In this document: positions 59,063 through 64,000 of the stretch, piece by piece
How positions within the stretch are numbered: the stretch's first letter is position 1
Layout of the letters: each line of letters opens with the position of its first letter
Source of the DNA: an uncultured Oscillospiraceae bacterium
Lineage (GTDB): Bacteria; Bacillota; Clostridia; Acetivibrionales; DTU013
Assembly: GCA_964512095.1 (NCBI GenBank)
Contig: CAZEIH010000010.1
Location: 14,743-78,742 of the forward strand
Length of the DNA stretch: 64,000 nucleotides
Direction: 5' to 3'
Notes under the pieces: model-generated
What the model was told of the DNA's origin: nothing
The model's input: the letters and a program-made list of their open reading frames with translations, nothing else
The model's database searches: none
Position numbers and translations under genes: made by a program

Positions 59063-59644
59063 ATGAAGCCAACAGCTAAGCTTACCGTTAAAGAACTAAT
59101 ACTTGTTGCACTTTTTACAGCACTGATGTCAATAGGTGCTTTTGTAAGGATACCCTTTCCCCTGCTGCCTGTCACTCTTCAGACCTTTATTTGCGCCCTT
59201 GCAGGGATGATACTCGGCCCGAAGCTTGGTGCTCTATCTATGACAGTATACACCTGCCTTGGACTGGCAGGGTTACCCGTTTTCACAAATGGGGGCGGTA
59301 TCACATATGTCTTCGACAGAAGCTTTGGCTTCATCATCGGCTTCATAGTAGCGTCAGCAGTTATAGGACAAGTAGCCTCCATATGTAAAAAGCCTTCTGT
59401 GTTAAACAATCTGAAGGCGCTTATGCCTGGCCTAGCTGTAATATATGTTTTTGGTATCTCTTACATGCTGCTTATAATGCGCATATACCTAGGAAATGAA
59501 CAAGTTGGCATTTTGTTTGTGCTTACTTCCAACCTTCCTTACCTTATAAAAGATTTGGTACTCTTCATAATAACTGCAATAATAGGTGCATCACTGCTAC
59601 CTTTAGTAAAAAACCAGATGTCTGGGATTAATAGAGTTTTTTAG
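59063..59644 (+). CDS. bioY: Biotin ECF transporter S-component BioY
   Basis: PVTLQTF, LGLAGLPVFTNGGG, FGFIIGF; BirA site upstream. Confidence 0.93.
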   Translation: MKPTAKLTVKELILVALFTALMSIGAFVRIPFPLLPVTLQTFICALAGMILGPKLGALSMTVYTCLGLAGLPVFTNGGGITYVFDRSFGFIIGFIVASAVIGQVASICKKPSVLNNLKALMPGLAVIYVFGISYMLLIMRIYLGNEQVGILFVLTSNLPYLIKDLVLFIITAIIGASLLPLVKNQMSGINRVF

Positions 59645-59870
59645 ACATTTCCTCATAATTGAACAATATACTCTTATCCTCAAGTTTTCTATCCTGAATA
59701 TATCTAAATACGTCCTGTGCTTCCTTTGACACAAAAGTTTCATGACAGCTATCACAGTAATACACAGGAGCATTTGTTAGTGTAATTATCTTACCTTTGA
59801 TCTTTTTTTGTGCATTGATAATGTGTATACTTGTACCTTTACCACAAAACATACATTTGATTATCTTCAT
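59628..59870 (-). CDS. YgiT/YokU-type zinc-finger protein
   Basis: CMFC...ITLTNAPVYYCDSCHETF. Confidence 0.75.
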   Translation of the reverse strand: MKIIKCMFCGKGTSIHIINAQKKIKGKIITLTNAPVYYCDSCHETFVSKEAQDVFRYIQDRKLEDKSILFNYEEMSKKLY

Positions 59871-59892
59871 GGCGTTCTCCTTAGACTATCTA

Positions 59893-61131
59893 TTATTTGT
59901 ACACAAGAATGTCATCCTTTATCTCCAGCTCAGAGCCAAGCTTACCACTAAGCTTTACCTGCCTCTCAAGTATCGCCTTCGCATCACTACCGGTCTGTAT
60001 TTCCACATAAGATTTCTCTAATATACGCACTGGAGTTGCCGTTAATGCTATCAGCTCTGTACCCTTGTATTTCATGTCTACTATGAAGGACTCCATATTT
60101 TCATGTTCATTCTGATCGAACATAATATTTCCCATACTATATAAAATAGGCTTATCATTATATATTTCTATACCTTGAAACTGGTGCGCATGATGTCCGA
60201 GTATTATATCTACACCGTCATCAATCAGCATATGTGCAAAATCTACCTGCTCATCAGGAATATTAAAGCTCTCCTCCACTCCCCAGTGCAGTGATACTGC
60301 CAGCAAATCCACTTGATCTCTGGCCTTCTGAACATCCTCCTTTATTGTTTCATACTTTCTTGGTACCACGCCTGATTTTTCATCTCCTGCAGCAAATGAC
60401 AGGTAAGGTTTTCCTGCAAATGTGATCTCAGCCATATCCGTATATGCCAGCAGACCAATCTTTAGACCGTTTTTTTCAATAATCGAAAGCTTCCTGGCCT
60501 CATCCAAATTTCTCCCGCCGCCTGCATGGACGATATCATTTTGATCAAGAAGCTCCATTGTATCAAACAGGCCTTTCTCATAGTAATCCATTATATGGTT
60601 GTTAGATAGACTTAACAAATTAAAACCAACGGAGGTAATGGCTTTTAAGGCTTCCGGCTTGGCCTTTAATACAATTTTTCCATTTTTATCGAGCCCCTTG
60701 TTACTATCGGTTAAAGGGCTTTCAAGGTTTCCAAAGACTATGTCTCCCACACTTAAATTGTCTTTTACCCTTTCAAAGGCCATTTCATAGTTGCCATTCT
60801 TTTCAATCCAATACGCAACCCCTCTGCCAAGCATTATGTCCCCTACTGCTATAAAGCGAAGTTCTGGAGATTCAGGTTCAATATCCACCTGCTCACTGTT
60901 GGTGTTATCCTCTCCCATGTCTTTGTCGTTTTCCTTACCGTCCTTGGATATACCTGAATCTACGACTACATCTCCCTGCTCATCACTTTGCTGGAAACCA
61001 TCGGTAGCATTCTCTTCCCCAAAGAGCTGCCTTGCCTTATATGCATCACTATTGTATATAATTGCAATAGTTGCGCCAATACCAATAAGTAGTATTATCG
61101 CGATAATAGTAAGGACTTTTGCGAATTTCAT
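59893..61131 (-). CDS. CapA/PGA_cap family metallophosphoesterase-like protein (likely start 61131)
   Basis: VGDIMLGR, GNLESP, LSNNHIMDY, SLHWGVE, GHHAH, YSMGN; N-terminal anchor. Confidence 0.88.
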   Translation of the reverse strand: MKFAKVLTIIAIILLIGIGATIAIIYNSDAYKARQLFGEENATDGFQQSDEQGDVVVDSGISKDGKENDKDMGEDNTNSEQVDIEPESPELRFIAVGDIMLGRGVAYWIEKNGNYEMAFERVKDNLSVGDIVFGNLESPLTDSNKGLDKNGKIVLKAKPEALKAITSVGFNLLSLSNNHIMDYYEKGLFDTMELLDQNDIVHAGGGRNLDEARKLSIIEKNGLKIGLLAYTDMAEITFAGKPYLSFAAGDEKSGVVPRKYETIKEDVQKARDQVDLLAVSLHWGVEESFNIPDEQVDFAHMLIDDGVDIILGHHAHQFQGIEIYNDKPILYSMGNIMFDQNEHENMESFIVDMKYKGTELIALTATPVRILEKSYVEIQTGSDAKAILERQVKLSGKLGSELEIKDDILVYK

Positions 61132-61240
61132 AAGCTGCTCCTTTTCTAGCAAACATATTTCTACTACAAAATATAATAGCATTAATTATGATAGCTGTCA
61201 CTAGCACAGAAAGACAAGAGCCTGCACACACTGTATACAT

Positions 61241-61333
61241 CCTACTCCCACAACCTACGCCCATGCCAAGAGGTGGGTACTTCTCGCTAAAAAACGCAGG
61301 GAGTCAGGTGGAACCTATAGATGTCGGCGTCTT
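61241..61333. repeat. Degenerate palindromic intergenic repeat, copy D (two motif halves)
   Basis: Left half matches 33423-33454; right half CAGGGAGTCAGGTGGA-ACCT-ATAGATGTCGGCGTCTT matches 50975-51040. Confidence 0.55.
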
Positions 61334-61420
61334 GACATAGAAAAAATAATAGCAAAATATTCAACTTATATTCAATCCTTCTTTACATACCATACTATTA
61401 GGATTGTGGTGGAGGTAATC

Positions 61421-61741
61421 ATGAAATCGCATGTTCACAAATTCAAGTTTGACTGTAGGATTGAAAATGGGCATAACCATAGACTGTTAGGCTATGCCGG
61501 AGCCATGCTGGGTTTTGAGAATATACATTTTCACATTTATTACGGCGTGTCATCATACAGAAACCACACCCACTACTTCTGCGGTATTACAGGCATGCCA
61601 ATGAAGACAGAAAACGGGCACATACACAGAATGGAGGGATTGCTTGAAAGCAATGCTCTACATGAGCATAAATATAAAGGATATACCTCTGAAGATATAT
61701 CCTATATTTCTTCTAATCATATAATAAGCTTTGTTAGGTGA
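61421..61741 (+). CDS. ymaF: YmaF family His-rich protein (start 61421)
   Basis: HVH...GHNHRL...HFH...HTHYF...GHIH...HEH. Confidence 0.8.
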   Translation: MKSHVHKFKFDCRIENGHNHRLLGYAGAMLGFENIHFHIYYGVSSYRNHTHYFCGITGMPMKTENGHIHRMEGLLESNALHEHKYKGYTSEDISYISSNHIISFVR

Positions 61742-61758
61742 CGTAAATGCTTGGAAGC

Positions 61759-62292
61759 TTAATAATCCATCCCCAGCTTAAGAGCTTTCATCTCCTCTGG
61801 GATAAGATAATGCTTCCTTTCAGGAAGTACCTTCTTTAGCGCTTTTTCGAAATACTCCGTTGATACTACACTAGTTTCATTAATAAGCTTACCTAGCATT
61901 ATAATGTTTGCAAAAGCCTGGTTCCCCATCTCTGACGCTATCTGTGTAGAAGGAATGGCAAATGTCTTGACGTCATCTCTTTTGGGGCTCCTATTTACTA
62001 AAGAGCTATCCAACAGCAGTATCCCATCTGGTTGTAGATAATTCTCAAACTTATCAAGTGAAGGCCTGTTCATTGCCATTACAACATTTGCGCTGTTCAG
62101 AATCGGAGAGCCAATGGGTTCGTCCGACACGATAACATGGCAGTTGGAGGTTCCACCTCTCATTTCTGGCCCATAGGACGGCAAAAACGATACATGCTTG
62201 TTTTCCAGCATTCCTGCGTATGCAATCAGCTTGCCAGCTGCTTGTATTCCCTGGCCTCCAAAGCCTGAAAAAATAATGTCTATCTGAGCCAT
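61759..62292 (-). CDS. 2-oxoacid:ferredoxin oxidoreductase gamma subunit
   Basis: SGFGGQG, PSYGPEMRGGTSNC, NIIMLG. Confidence 0.92.
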   Translation of the reverse strand: MAQIDIIFSGFGGQGIQAAGKLIAYAGMLENKHVSFLPSYGPEMRGGTSNCHVIVSDEPIGSPILNSANVVMAMNRPSLDKFENYLQPDGILLLDSSLVNRSPKRDDVKTFAIPSTQIASEMGNQAFANIIMLGKLINETSVVSTEYFEKALKKVLPERKHYLIPEEMKALKLGMDY

Positions 62293-62295
62293 TTC

Positions 62296-63042
62296 CTACA
62301 CCTCCAAATCCTTTCCCCTGAAGTTGCCTATGGGGTATTCAGGAACCATTTTTTCCTCCACCCATTTCAGTGACTTAACTGGATCCATTCCCCAGTTAGT
62401 GGGGCAAGTAGAAAGCACCTCGACTATTGAGAAGCCCAATCCTGCCATTTGCACCTGGAAGGCTTTCTTTATGGCTTTCTTTGTGTTGTTGAGATTTTTT
62501 ATATTATGTGTTGACACGCGTTCTACAAACGCTGCTCCCTTTAAAGTAGCAAGCATTTCACAAACCTTGAGATTATAGCCTTCTATCTCAGGCTTTCTGC
62601 CAAAAGGAGAAGTCGTAGTCACCTGGCCAATAAGTGATGTAGGAGCCATCTGGCCTGAAGTCATACCGTAGATGGCATTATTAATAAATATTGTTGTTAT
62701 CTTCTCGCCTCTGTTTGCTGCATGTACAATCTCAGCCGTACCAATTGCAGCCAAATCGCCATCACCCTGATAAGTAAAAACAGCATTATCCGGATGCACT
62801 CTCTTTATACCAGTAGCAACTGCCGGGGCTCTACCGTGAGCAGCCTGGACCATGTCGCAATTGAAATACAAATAATTGTTATATGCGCAACCTACAGGAG
62901 AAACACCAATTGTCTTCCCCTCTATCCCAAGCTCGTCTATAACCTCAGCTATCATACGATGTACAATACCGTGAGTACAGCCGGGACAGTAGTGCATTTG
63001 TGTTTCTTTCAAGGCATGCGGTCTTTGAAATACTATAGCCAT
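62296..63042 (-). CDS. 2-oxoacid:ferredoxin oxidoreductase beta (TPP-binding) subunit, Vor-type
   Basis: YCPGCTHG, HGRAPAVATG, YQGDGD, NNAIYGMTSGQ, STCPTNW. Confidence 0.92.
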   Translation of the reverse strand: MAIVFQRPHALKETQMHYCPGCTHGIVHRMIAEVIDELGIEGKTIGVSPVGCAYNNYLYFNCDMVQAAHGRAPAVATGIKRVHPDNAVFTYQGDGDLAAIGTAEIVHAANRGEKITTIFINNAIYGMTSGQMAPTSLIGQVTTTSPFGRKPEIEGYNLKVCEMLATLKGAAFVERVSTHNIKNLNNTKKAIKKAFQVQMAGLGFSIVEVLSTCPTNWGMDPVKSLKWVEEKMVPEYPIGNFRGKDLEV

Positions 63043-63054
63043 AATAATTCCCCT

Positions 63055-64000
63055 TTACTTCAAAATTTCCTTGATTTTCTCCAGTATCTCTTTCTGAGTC
63101 GGTATCATTCCGCCCATTCTTCCAAGGAAGTGGACCGGCCTTTTACCGTTAACCGAAAGCCTGACATCCTCTACCATCTGACCTGCGCTCATCTCTACAG
63201 ACAAAAACGCTTTAGGTCCCTGTGCATATTTTTCAAAAGCTGCTGTTGGGAAAGGCCACAAGGTAATTGGTCTGATAAGTCCAACCTTGATACCCTCATT
63301 TTCTGCAGTCTTTATTACATTCTTTATTATTCTTGCTACTGTACCGTAGGCAGCAACTATGATATCAGCATCCTCACAGTTGTAAGTTTCTACTCTGGTC
63401 TCATTCTCAGTTATCTGCCTATATTTTGCCTGAAGCTTAAGATTGTGATTTTCCAGTACTTCGGGATCAATGTATATGGATGTTATCGTATTGTTATCCC
63501 TACTCATACCTGTGCCGGTCACAGCCCAGCTTTTGTCGGCCTTTAAAATTTCTTCATGATCCTTGAACTCTACACCTTCCATCATTTGGCCTAACATACC
63601 ATCACCCATAATCATACAAAGGGTTCTGTACCTGTCGGCTATGTTGAAAGCATCTACCACAAGCTCATACAACTCCTGAACACTGCTCGGAGCCAGAACT
63701 ACCATCCTGTAATCACCGTGGCCGCCACCCTTTGTAGCCTGGAAATAATCGCATTGTGATGCTAATATTCCGCCAAGTCCCGGACCTGCCCTTACAATAT
63801 TAACAATAACCGCTGGAAGCTCAGCGCATGCAGAATATGAAATTGCTTCCTGCTTAAGGCTGATGCCCGGGCTCGAAGAGGATGTCATGACCCTTGCTCC
63901 GGCACTTGCTGCACCATATACCATATTCATGGCAGCTATTTCACTTTCAGCCTGTATAAAAGTGCCTCCGTATTGGGGCATCTTTTTTGCAAAATAATGC
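63055..64000 (-). CDS. 2-oxoacid:ferredoxin oxidoreductase alpha subunit, VorB-like (5' end beyond the window)
   Basis: QAESEIAA, SSSPGISLKQE, RAGPGLG, QCDYFQATKGGGHGD; frame open to the window edge. Confidence 0.92.
   Translation of the reverse strand, partial: HYFAKKMPQYGGTFIQAESEIAAMNMVYGAASAGARVMTSSSSPGISLKQEAISYSACAELPAVIVNIVRAGPGLGGILASQCDYFQATKGGGHGDYRMVVLAPSSVQELYELVVDAFNIADRYRTLCMIMGDGMLGQMMEGVEFKDHEEILKADKSWAVTGTGMSRDNNTITSIYIDPEVLENHNLKLQAKYRQITENETRVETYNCEDADIIVAAYGTVARIIKNVIKTAENEGIKVGLIRPITLWPFPTAAFEKYAQGPKAFLSVEMSAGQMVEDVRLSVNGKRPVHFLGRMGGMIPTQKEILEKIKEILK

Noticed and set aside
80-64000. Many plus-strand and nested ORFs in the six-frame track (e.g. 463-825, 2477-3184, 42719-43321, 57983-58807, 62722-63546)
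   Set aside because: They are antisense or alternate-frame shadows of well-supported genes, with no RBS or recognisable motifs

Overview
A spore-forming, flagellated Clostridia chromosome segment, almost entirely coded on the minus strand. The gene order resembles Acetivibrio/Ruminiclostridium-like organisms; this is an inference from recalled synteny. From left to right: (1) the fla/che cluster, cheA(partial)-cheB-pilZ-flhG-flhF-flhA-flhB-fliRQPO-cheY-fliY-fliM-fliL-flbD-flgE-flgD-fliK-fliJIHGFE-flgCB (1-25.6 kb); (2) trmFO, topA, dprA and comM; (3) a decayed Mrp/NuoN-type fragment; (4) nrdR, ylmC, sigG, sigE, spoIIGA, ftsZ, ftsA, sbp, ftsQ and a 5'-deleted murA; (5) a homocysteine methyltransferase; (6) a compact Tad/Flp pilus operon directly downstream of a degS-degU-like pair; (7) tRNA-Lys(CTT), followed by an AT-rich, convergent agrAC><agrDB quorum-sensing locus; (8) murG, mscS, DUF47-pit, BirA-controlled bioY, capA-like, ymaF and a 2-oxoacid:ferredoxin oxidoreductase operon (partial). 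The best second-look items are an unannotated 47-aa AgrD predicting a Trp-rich six-residue ring (CWLWTF), two deletion-type pseudogenes (murA, mrpD-like), a family of four degenerate palindromic intergenic repeats resembling IS200/IS605 ends, a (TTTGCC/TTTTGCC)n tract in front of fliE, and a possible DegSU-to-Tad regulatory link via a phosphorylatable TadZ. No CRISPR array, integrase or intact transposase was seen. I found no clearly unprecedented multi-gene system; most of the window is ordinary core genome.
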